From NCBI GenBank assembly GCA_965644315.1, contig CBFFRQ010000068.1, positions 1,054,001 to 1,118,000 on the forward strand: 64,000 nt of DNA. The letters are read 5' to 3'. Position numbers and translations under genes: made by a program. The number at the start of each line of letters is the position of its first letter. The stretch's first letter is position 1. Shown one piece after another: positions 51,130-62,085 of the stretch. Origin of the DNA: Caecitellus pseudoparvulus. Taxonomy: Eukaryota > Protista > Bigyra: Bicosoecida. Under the pieces are notes generated by a model. That model was not told where the DNA came from. It did not search any database and worked only from the letters and a program-made list of their open reading frames with translations.

Positions 51130-53879
51130 TTACCCGGGGGGGAAGCCGTAGCCCAGCACCTCAAACAACTCAAAGCGCCCAGACTTGAACACGCGCTTGA
51201 GGTTTCCATCCAGGTACACATCCTCGTCAAAGTCAGCGGCATCTGTCTGACGTGGCCAGTGGTATGCGTTCTCTCCCAGAACATACCGCACTCCCCAGCG
51301 CCGCATGAGGTTGACGCAGTTCTGGTCGGAGTCCTTGAGCATGTGGTCCAGGATGGTGCGGCGGTCGCGGTCCCGCTCGTAGTAGTCGTAGCCGTGGCTC
51401 CACATCCAGCCGTTGTAGGAGATGAGGGAGGGGTGCCCTGCGTACAGGCCCACAGGCGTGATGTGCGTGTCGTGGTGCACCATGACGGACTTGGGTGGCA
51501 CGTGGCGGCGGATCCACTCCCCCATGTTCTTGAAGTCCTGGTCATACAGGACATGGTACAGGCGGTGTTCGCGGGCAACGGAGAGGGCGCCGGAGAAAGC
51601 CCCGTAGTACGCGTAGAAAACCATGCCGGCCAGCGCCGCCAAGGCCAGGGGCACTGCCACCACGCCAGGCGCTGCAATCTTCCACGTCCACCCGCCCATG
51701 CCACGCAGGGGCAGCTTCTCCCCAGAGAATGCCGTCTCGCCGCGCTGGCCTGGCTTGGGGGCGTCGTCTTCCTTCGCCTTGCGAGGCGCTGCCTCTGGCT
51801 GTGGCAGGCCGCGCAGAGCACGGGCGGCGGCGGTGAGCGGGTACGCCAGCAGGTCTGCCCCTGCGCCGCACAGGATGAAGAGGGCAATGTAGAGGATCTT
51901 GCAGTTGTCACGGTCCCACGGTTGTAGCATGACGTAGTTGCCAAAGGCCCACACGAACAGACCGCCAGCCACCCACTTGGCGGCATCCACATCCCGCGAG
52001 CCGTTCCACTTCTGCAGGGCTGCGTCGCCAGCAGCAGCCATGGCCGACAGCGGCGCGTAGCTGTCCGTGACGCTCTTGATGTACGCTGTGAGCTCCTCAG
52101 GCTCCAGGGGCTCCTGCACGCCCCCACCGAAGAGGTACCCCAGCGGGTGGGTCCGGTCCCCGCTGTACGTGGGCGCCTGGCGCCGGAGCGGCTTGCCGGT
52201 GCCTCCGAAGGGCGGCAAGTCGCTGGCACCGAAGAGCTTGCCAGGTGCAGCGCCCTCCTCCTCGTCGCTGTCCTTGGCGCGGGCGGGGGAAGACGGCGCT
52301 GCCGCGGCAGCAGGCGGGGTGGGTGCCGTTTTCGGGGCGGCGGTGGGTGACGTCGCATGAGCCAGCATGGCCCGAGCAGCGGCTAGGTACCCCTGTGCAG
52401 CAGGGATCCACACCCACGCAACGGCAGCAAAGGCGAGGGGGATGCAGGGGCCCAAGGCTCGCCACCAGAACCAGAAGAAGTGCGTGACGTCGGCGGGGTA
52501 GTTGAAGCCAGGGGGCTTCCAGATGGGCCGGAACTCCATGAAGGAGCCCTTGCCACTGGGGCCGTTGCCAGTGGTGACCATGTTCAGGAACTGGCTCATC
52601 TGGGGCACGCCCATGGCCACGGCGGCAATGCCGCCGACGAGCCATGCCCACAGCACGGAGGGCGACCGCAGCCACCAGAGAGCATCCAGAAGGAAGACGA
52701 CGAGGATGACCAAGCCTGCGCCGAGGAAGGAGTGCGCCTGTACCATGGGCAGGGTGCCGCAGCACATGGCGGCGAGGAGGATGCCCGTGCGGCGGGCAGC
52801 TGGGGAGACGGGGTTCACCCTGGACGTCACTGCCCACACCATGAGGAAGGCTGCCAGCACCATGGGGTAGGCGAAAGTGGCGCCGCGCTGGGGCAGGTAC
52901 ACGTGGGGCATGAAGGCGAACCAGAAGACGTTGCCCTTGTCCCCGACGTCGTCCTGGATGGGGTCGTACTCCTGCATCACCTGCTCGAATCCGAACTTGT
53001 GGTAGAGGTTGATGCCCCCCTGACCACCAGCGAAGACAACCATGGCAGTGGACAGGGCAGCAGCGATGTCCGAGCGGGCCAGACGGCGGTTGAAGGTGTA
53101 CAGGAGGCCCATGCAGGAGAAGAACATGAACATGCCGGGCCACATCATGGCGTGGCGCATGCCGTCCCCCATCCAGTACAGCACGCCGGCGTGCCAGTCC
53201 GGGATGAAAGGGTACGTCATGACCTCTCCCGCAAAGATGGGCGAGTGCATGGTGCCCCATGCGACGTCCTGGTTGCGGCCGTAGATGAAGGAGTTCGCGA
53301 AGTGCATGTGAATGGGCATGTCTGCCCAGCATGAACCGCCCGAGTACACGTTGCCCTGCTCATCCTCAGGGAAGAAGCGGGTCAGGTACAGCGGCACCAT
53401 GAGCACGCCCCACACGATGAGGGTGGCGAAGAGCATCCACTCAGAGGAGAGGGAGGCCAGCCAAGACTTGGCTGCGGGACCAATGCGGCGTCGGAACTCC
53501 CCCAGCTCTGCCCAGGCGATGTACAGCATGAGCAGCGTGCTGACTGTGATGGAGAGTCCCCTGCGGAAGTTGCGGCGGCAGCAGGTGCACGGCGTGGTAA
53601 GGCAGGCAGCGCCTGCTGCGCAGCGACGCACCCCAACTCGTTCAGGAGGCAAGACACCAAGTACGTGATCCATGCCGCGAAGATAGTGCCGACTGGGACG
53701 CTCGCCAACGCAATTTCCGTCAAGCTCAGGAACGGCGACGTGCGTGCAGTCAACACAATGAAGGCGCAGCCCAGCGTGAGTAGCCACCAAGCAGTGCCGG
53801 GCAGGAGGGGCCATGTGGCATCCACATGCACACACTCCAACCCACAGTCATACGGGTGTCCGTCATCCACCGGCTTCAT
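51130..53879 (-). CDS. Multi-pass membrane protein, putative GT-C-fold glycosyltransferase; intron near 53570-53630
   Basis: More than 10 TM segments; first luminal loop WADMPIH...SF...P.FAG....YPF; LPQR, QAHS, QPWDRDNCK and GWMWSHG motifs; soluble C-terminal domain ending WGVRYV; strongly C/G-ending codons. Confidence 0.7.
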
Positions 53880-54101
53880 CTCTCCGGCTGGCGGGCAGCG
53901 CCGTCACGCGACTGAGCTGCAACAGCTGTCCTGCCTTCTTCCGCAGGCGGCCGCTGCGCAGGCGAACTGCAAGGCGTGCAATGCCAAGGGGAGGGGCCCA
54001 GCCACGCTGGGGAGCAGCAGGGTGTGGTTCGATCTGCACCCCGTCGCAGCGACGTGGTGAGGCGACTGGCATTGGATTGTGGGTGAGGAGGGATTGCCCC
54101 C

Positions 54102-57100
54102 TCAAACGTCCAGCATGCCTGGTCCTGGGCAGGGGTCTAGCTGTGGCCGCAGCAGGTGCCGCACAAACTTCAAGAAGCGCACGACGTACAGGTCTGGGTT
54201 CACAGCTGACACGTCCACGTCCACGTCTGCGTGCCTGAGCACCTTCAGTCCGTGCTCCAGGGCCTTGCGCGTGTCGTAGGTCTGCAGGAAGTCAATGACC
54301 CCCACCTGCAGCAACACGTGTTGCCTGCGCGTCAGCTCAGCCAGGCCACCGCCGCCGCCATCTCCCGCTGCATCGCCGCGCACAGACGCCTCCACACGGC
54401 CGCCGGGCCCTGCCTTGCTGTCTGCAAGGGAGTCTGCCCCCAGCAGGCTGGCCTGCAATTCAGGAGCAATGCCGCTCTGCTGGGGCCTGGGTTGGGAAGG
54501 CGCCTGTGGCGCAGCTGCCCCAGCGACTGGCTCGCCCTCCTCTCCTGGCACTGTCGCCTGCAGCATGGACATGGGCGACCAGGCGGTGACCGAAAAGGTG
54601 TCCGACCAGTCCCACGGAGCCCGCCCTGCGCTGTTGTGCCCCGCTGGGTGGTCGGCACTTGTCGCGGCCGCCTCGTCGTCACCTTCCTTCTGGGCACGGG
54701 GGACCCGCCGCCGGCGCTCCGCTGCCGCGAGCGCGACGTCTGCCGCCTCCCACAGCGGGTTGCGCGCCGCTCTCGCCACGCCCCGGACAATGCGCGAGCC
54801 CTGGGCGAAAGACAAGTGCTCCCTCTTCATGAGGGGCAGAGGCAGCTCCACATCGGGAGCGCGCCGCAGCGCCCTTGGGTCGTTGTACGCCACTCGGCGG
54901 CGGGCGAGGGAGGATGTGGACCGCGGCGAAGCGAGGGGGATGACGTTCACCAGCAGGGAGTAGTCCATCATGCCGTGCGCGGCCAGGAGGCGGGCATCCC
55001 GCTGCAGCTGGCGCAGCACCGACTTGGAAGTGGTGTCGCACAGGGCTGGCAGGCCCCGTGGGTACAGCCGGCGGAAGTCTGTGTCTTGCATGAGCACGCC
55101 GTGGCGCACGACCCGCCCACGGGCGTCCCTGGACTCCAGACTCTTCGTCATGCGGGCTGAGCGGCCCACTGTCGAGCCCTTCAAGTCAAACGTCTGTGCG
55201 TGAGTGCCGACCTCAGTGGCGGGGAAGACATTGCCCATAAGGGCGAACCAGACCCGTCCCGCCCCCTGCAGCTTCAAGCCGAAGCAGCCGTAGAAGCGGC
55301 AAAGAAGGGAGCCCGGGTTCCCCCGAAGGTGGGCGATGTACGCCGGCAGCAAGTGCATGAGCACCTCCACCTCTGTCTTGGTCAGCGTCTTCACCACCAG
55401 TGACTGGTCCAGGGAGCGGCAAAAGAAAGAAGAGGAGCCGGCGTCCGAGAAGTGCGCCTTGAGCAGGCCCAGGCGCAGAGCGTGAGGGTCCAGCATGGAC
55501 ACAATGTGCGCCGTGCTCAATCCCGCAGCTCGCCGCAGGGTGGCGAACGCCTCATCTGCCAGTGATACCACTTCAAACGTTTCCAAGGCGCTGCTGCCGC
55601 GCTGGGCGGGGGATTGGCCCGGCTTGGCCGGGCGAGGCGTGCCCACCTGCGTTCCCAGTGCGCCTGAGAAGTACAGCTGGGACAGCAAGGGCTCAGCATC
55701 CTCTCGCTCTGGTGCCAAGTGCGGGCGCATGCCCGCCAGGAGGTCCCCCATGGGCGTGCCCGGTATCCACTCCTCCTCCCCCACCGACGCGTCCTCCTCG
55801 CTGTCAGAGGTGGAGCAGTCTGACAGCTTCGCCAACTCGATGGCGGAGGCAGTGGGCTGGAGGCCTTCACTGGGCCCCTTCACGAGGGAAGACGGCGACA
55901 GCGTCCCCCGCATGTGGGGAAAACGGCTGATGGACCGAGGTGGCGCAAGAGACGAGGGTGCGGTGGGGTCGCCGTCTTCCCCTTCCTGCAGCCGGTGCAG
56001 TGCAGAGGCCGCAGCGGCAGACGCTGCTACCTGGGGGCGCACAGGCCCATAGGGACGAGGCTGCACACCCCTCGAACCAGGGCTCACCGGGGGTGTTTCG
56101 GAACTTGCCAGCGCCCCAGCGAGGGCTGCTGCTCGGCCTGGGGCCTCGGACCCTGAGCGGCTGCGACGAGAGTGCAGCACCGTCTGGCTCTGTCGCTTGA
56201 GCTGGGCGTGCTGGCGCAGCCGCTGGCCCAGCAGACTGTGGGAGGCCTCACCGTCGCCTCCCTGAGCAGCACCCTCCTCTTCCGCAGTGCCGAACGTATC
56301 GTCACGCAAGGGATCGGGGGGGGTGTCCGTGCCAGCTACACTGGCTTTGCTCCGGCGACCAGGCCCAGACTCCACGTCAGCACGGGGGCGCGCCTGGGGT
56401 GCCAGGCCGCCCCCCCGCCGTGTATGGGCGGCAATGGTGCGCTGCACCTCCTCCCGCCGCCCCACGATGCCCCGGACGACCCGTTGCTCCTCCTCGTCCC
56501 ACGCAATGACCTCACCCTCCTGGGCTCCACGCCACTCGAAGACGCCGCTGCGCTCCCCCAGCCCCACCGCACTGGGGTCCCCTGACGCTGCCCGGGCCGA
56601 CACGGAACGGGATGCGCCCAGGGCCGCCAAGATGTCCCCGAACAGCCCCCGACCGCCGCTTTCGTCCAGCCGCGCGTCCTCGGCAGCCGTCATGTCCACC
56701 CGCCCATGCTGGGAGTCCATCTTCAATTCCATCACGCCGTCCTCCGGGTCACCCACCGCGCCGTGGTACATGTTGCCCCACACGCCACCCTCGCCACCCA
56801 GACAGTCCCCCACTGCGCCTGACCGCACTTCGGGTGCTGAGAAGCCACGCAGCAGCCCCCCGCCACCCGCACCCGGCGCCAAGCCGCTGAAAATGTCCAC
56901 ACCAGCGTGCAGCCGCTGCGCGACGGTGTACGCGATGCGGTCCATTTCGGCCTGGGCCTGGGCTTGCGTTGCACCCTTGACACGGAAGCGACTCAGCATG
57001 GCCACATGGCGGCGCACGGTGCTGCGTGCCTGCAGCAGCGTCGCGACGGGCCGCTTGGGAAGGCCGGCGAACTCCTCCACCCCCACCAGCTCGTCCCGGT

Positions 57101-59725
57101 TGGCGATGGAGGCGCGTGGAGAGGGAGTGGGCGCTGCCGTCTCACCCTGCTGCCCCGCGTCTCCCATGAACGCGGCACCGATGACCCTCACCTCATCTTC
57201 GGGGGGGCGCACTGGCATGTGCGCTGTGAACATCAGCACGCTGTCCATGACATCATTCATGTCGGCGCCAGAGCCCGGAAAGCGGCCCATCAGTGCCCGC
57301 TGGGCGTGCTTCCGCGCGCCAGGCACGGACCCGCCCTTGCCCAGGGGCGCAGCTCCCCTGCGCACCCGCCCATCATGTGCCCGGATCATGCCTACATGCG
57401 GGGCCAGGGAGCTGCCCATTGGCATGAGGGGCAGCCGGTGGTGCCCGCCATTGCCGCCATGGCCCTGCCCGCTCCCTCGAAGCCCACCAGTGGTGGCTGC
57501 TGCGGCTTCTGCTGGCAAAGATCCCGTGCTACGCACAGCGCGCAAGGGACGGGCAGTGGCCTCTTGGGCACTGGTGTGGGGCCCGATCGCAGGGGGAGGT
57601 GCAGGATGCGCCTCAGTCCCTCCCCCGCCCTGCGCCTCCTTCACCACCCGCTGGGCAGCCTGTGCACGCAGCTGGGAGCGGTACACTGCCTCGTTGTGCA
57701 GGAGAGCCTGGCACAGGCCTGACAGCATGCACATTCCGAGCTCCGCACGCAGGCCTGCGGTAACGTCCCAACCTGAGCCCACCTGGTTGATGGCGTCTTC
57801 GCGCACAGTGGTGGTGCCACTGCTGCCAAGAAGAGACGCTTGAATGTGTCCGAGACCGTGATGGAGCTGACCGCCTCGTGGCTGGGGGGTTGCCACGGTG
57901 CCCCCTCCACTGTGGGGCGCTCGGCCCTGGCGACCTGCCACACCAGCAGAGGGTAAAGGACGACCCTCCTGTGTGCGACTGGCGGCGGGCTGGGGTGCGG
58001 ACATAGAGGAGGCGGGGTCAGCACTGGCAGTGGGCGTGCCTGCGCTGCTGCCACCACCTCCAAAGAAGAACCGTCGGATGCTGTCGGCACTGGGGGTGTC
58101 GGGGGGTGGTGCGCCACCTTCCTCGCCCGTGGAAAAGACAGATGCACCAGCTGTGTGGCTGAGTCCACCAGACGTGTAGCCACGAATCATGGCCACGCCG
58201 CCACTGCCACCAACGCCACTGCCGCCTGCATGAGGGCCGGCTTGCGCCACGACGCTGGGCGCTTGGCTGGGTGGTGCAGACGCCTTGTCCATTGCGCCGT
58301 ACACCGCATTGGTGGGGCCTAGCTTGTGAGAGGCCACGATGGGCGTGGCTTCGCCCAGACCTGACCCTCCGTGAGGACTCTCTGCCATGTAAGCTGCCCA
58401 GCTGTCGGCTGACACCTCCGAGGCGAGGCTGACTCCACCTTCTGTCATGCCGGAGGCAACACTGTCACCATCTGAAGGCCGCCTGCCAGAGGGATACCGC
58501 AGACGGGATTCCTGCAGCAGTTTCTCCACAGCTGTGGTGTGGGAGTTGCGGGAGCGCCGCGTGGCTGCCTGCCTGTGACCCGAGGTGTACCGTGGCACGC
58601 AGCAGGAGGGCACGCAGTGGAAGATGCCCAGCTGGCGCAAGAGCAGAACCCAGGCCCCTGGCTCGGACAGACGGATGGCAGCAAAGACAGCAGCCTGTCC
58701 AGACGCCGTAATGGCGTCGGCCACGGTGAGCCAGACCTGCTTGGAGTCATCGTCCACGAGGTAGTGCAGCATGGGGAAGGTCCACAGCACCGCAAAGGCG
58801 ACGGTGTACGTGGAGTGCCGTCGGCACAGCTTATTTCGCACGGCTCTAGATGCCCGCGTCCCACTGCGCAAGCGCAGCCCCGCATACGCCAAGGACAGAA
58901 TGCAGAAGATGAGGCAGATGACCAGGGGCACTTCGAACGTGAGGGCTTGCGCTTGCTCTGACCGAATCCAACACGTGTGATCCATGACCCGTGACTGCAC
59001 GTCAAAGATTCCCACCAGCACCGTTGCAAGGATGCTCACAGGCCAGCTCACAGCGTGGTACCATCGGCTGATTGAGTGGAGGAGCGTCAGGGAGTTTCAT
59101 GTGAAACGCGCATCAACCGCCAGGCGCGGTGCTGCACTCACTAGTTTGACCTCGTGGTGCGGAGGGGGTTTCTAAGCACTGAAATGAGGTCAAACACCCA
59201 GAACTGCGGTTGGCGCGCGAGAGCAGCTCCGTGCACGTGGCCAGGGACCGCTCAGGGCGTTGGCAAGGAAGGCTGCGCTCATGACGCGCTGATGCGCAGC
59301 CTGCCGCACTCACAGCATTCCACAAGACAGTCTGCAGGCCAAAAAAGGTCTCTGCCAGTGCTGAGGACAGGCAGTTGTCCGGTATCAGGTGGAAGGAGTC
59401 GCGTGGGTGGTGGTCACCGCCTAAGTACGCTACAGCCGTGACCTGTGACGAGGATGCGTGAGCATCCTGGCAGGCGCGTGATCCTGCGCTGGGGCGCCCC
59501 TGCACTCACTGTGAACTTCAAGGAGTATAGCAGGTCCCAAATGGTGATCATATGGATGATGCGTGAGGCAGGGTCCAGCTTTCCTGCCGGCAGGGCAGCG
59601 TACACAGTGTACACGGCACAGGCGCCAAGCACCGACAGCAAGCCAAAAGTGAGGTGAACGAAGACGACATCGTCGTACGTATCTGACACTGGTGTCTCCA
59701 CCGTCTCGGTAAGGTTCCCCAGCAT
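54102..59725 (-). CDS. GPCR-PIPK (GK family): N-terminal 7TM receptor fused to a C-terminal phosphatidylinositol-phosphate kinase; introns in the 5' part
   Basis: TM1 FGLLSVLGACAV, TM2 MITIWDLL, later CWI; linker motif LRx9GL at ~57714-57753; kinase motifs SFF..S.D...VVKT, SLLCRFYG, MGNVF, FDLKGS, MDYSLL, GVIDFLQ, SAVNP..Y..RF. Confidence 0.92.
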
Positions 59726-59935
59726 GCTGCCTCGAAAGGCGCCTCGCCACCAAGCAGTGCTGGCTCCCCTGCCAGCGCCGAGTCTTGCTGGGCGCTGCCT
59801 GCGTGGGCGCCGGTGGCCGTGCCGAGCCCAGCACGCTGCAAGCTGCACGCTGGGGGTGTCACACTGGGAGGGAGGGGGGTTGAGTGATTTTTGAGAAGCA
59901 TGTGTGCATTCCGGGGACGGGGGGAGGGGGGGTGT

Positions 59936-61940
59936 CTACTGCTGCTGAGGGGGGTTGATCTTGATGTGGTCGTCGATGCGCAGGATGGAGATGGCCGCCT
60001 CTGTCGCAAAGCGCAGGGACTTGACCTTGCTCATGGCAGGCTCCACAACACCTGCAGCCAAGTTGTCCACCACCTTGCCTGCCACCAAGTCCAGCCCGTA
60101 GTGCTTGTAGTGCTCCTTGGCCGCGTCGCTCTGTGCGGCGTAGTGCCGGGCACACAGCTGTGCAGCCAGCTCCGTGGCGTCCTGCGCCGCGTTCACGGCC
60201 AGGGTGCGGGGGATGACCATGAGGGCGTCTGCGAACTCCTTGATGGCCAGCTGCTCCTTGCTGCCCAGGGTCTTCGCATACCCGGTGAGGTGCACGTTCA
60301 GAGCAGCCTCCACGCCGCCGCCGCCCACGACGAGGTTCTTGCTCTCCAGCACGCGCTTGACGACGCAGAGCGAGTCGTGCAGGGACCGGTGCATCTCGTC
60401 CAGGTGGAACTCGTTGGCCCCGCGCAGAACGATGGAGGTGGCGCGGGACGTCGCGCAGCCTCGGATGAAGATGAGCTCGCCATCCCCCACGCGCTCCTCT
60501 GACACCTCCGCCGCTGCGCCCAGGTACGCAGGGTCGAAGCTCTCCTCGCCCTCCAGGTCGCCCAGGTTGGGCAGCACGGCGCCGCCGGTGGCAGCGGCGA
60601 TGCGCTTCAAGTCATCCTTCTTCACTCGGCGCACGCCGATGACGCCTGCCTCCACCAGGTACTTCATGCACAGGTCGTCGATGCCCTTGGTGGTGAGGAT
60701 GACGTTCGCGCCGGCGGCGATGATCTTCTCGATCTTCTCCTTGGTGATGTCAGCCTCGCGCTGGCGGATGGCCTCCAGCTTGGCGGGGTCCGACACCAGC
60801 ACCTGCACGCCCAGCTGCATGCGGTGCTTCTGCAGGTTGAAGTCCAGCAGGGCGATCTTGGCACCCTGCACACTCGTGGGCATCTGCTGGCTGCCACGTG
60901 TGCAGTTCAGGGCGAAGCCCTTCACCAACATGCTCTCTGAGCTGCTCTTGCCGTGGGACTTGAGGATGTTGATGGCTGTGATGGGGAAGCGCACCTTGCC
61001 GGACTTGGGGTCCTCACGGCGCACTGCGGTGACGGCGTCCACCACCATGTTTGCGAAGAAGTCTGAGTTGGAACCGATGATCTTGCTGGACATGGAGGTC
61101 TGCGCCGAGGCGGGCGGGACGGGGTGGCGTGCGTTGCCGGTGCCGTTGACAGCGAAACGCTAGCCCAGCACAGGCTGCGCCAGCCTGCACGCACCTTTGC
61201 AGCGCTGATCAGGAACTCCCGGTCGGTCTCAGCTGTGGGAATCAGCATCTTGCCCTGCGAGGGGGGCACGTGGACAGGTGCAGGCGAGCAGGCGCCGAGG
61301 CGGGGACTGCATCGACGCGGACGCTGGGGGGCGCTGCCAGCGTTTCCGTGCCGTCAGTACAGCCAGGCTCTCCAACTCACCTTAATGTACCTGATGGCCT
61401 CCTTCATGGCCATGCGGTACCCTGCCATGATGGTGGTGGGGTGCACCTTGTTCATCACCAGCTCGTTTGCCCGCTGCACAAGGTTTCAAGGTGAACGCGA
61501 GGGAATGCAGTGCCTCGCCAGCAGCATCGCCTGCCTTGCCCGCACGCACCCGCAGCAGCTCAGAGGCAATGATGACGACAGAGGTCGTGCCGTCGCCCAC
61601 CTCCTGGTCCTGCAAGTCAGCCAGCTCCACGAGAACCTGGGTGCAGCGCGGGTAACGGGCGTGACAGCGTCGCGTGCGAGGCCTGAAGCTGGGGTGCCGT
61701 TGGCATCAAAAACCGCACCTTTGCCGCGGGGTGCTCCACCTCCAGCTGCTGCAGGATGGTGGCACCGTCGTTCGTGATGGTCATCTCGCCGATGTCGTCC
61801 ACCAGCATCTTGTCCAGGCCAACAGGGCCCAGGGAGCTCTTCACGATGTTCGCGATGGCCAAGCACGCCGTCACATTCTGTGTGCGCACATCCTGGCCGG
61901 TGGTGCGCTCACCGTCCAGGGTCAAGGTCGTGGCTGCCAT
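59936..61940 (-). CDS. TCP1: T-complex protein 1 subunit alpha (CCT1); introns 61718-61637, 61549-61474, 61380-61255, 61194-61100
   Basis: [51 protein letters not shown] and [20 protein letters not shown]; four phase-0 GT-AG introns restore a continuous protein. Confidence 0.97.
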
Positions 61941-62085
61941 GGTGCGGGGCGTGAAAGGAACAGCAGAAGCACAACAAGTCGTCGTCCTTCAGTGGCGTTC
62001 GCTGCAGCGTGTGGGATTTGTCGCCCGCACGCAGTGTGCGCACCCGCTGTTGGCGTGGCCTTGCATTCTCCCGTGTGCAAGCAGG

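Noticed and set aside
51130-53879. Bacterial contamination or a prokaryotic island
   Set aside because: The gene appears to have a spliceosomal intron, host-like codon usage and the same CAATGCA 3' motif as its neighbours
61255-61380. Possible intronic snoRNA in TCP1 (a snoRNA host gene in vertebrates)
   Set aside because: The intron is only 126 nt and I could not see convincing C/D or H/ACA boxes
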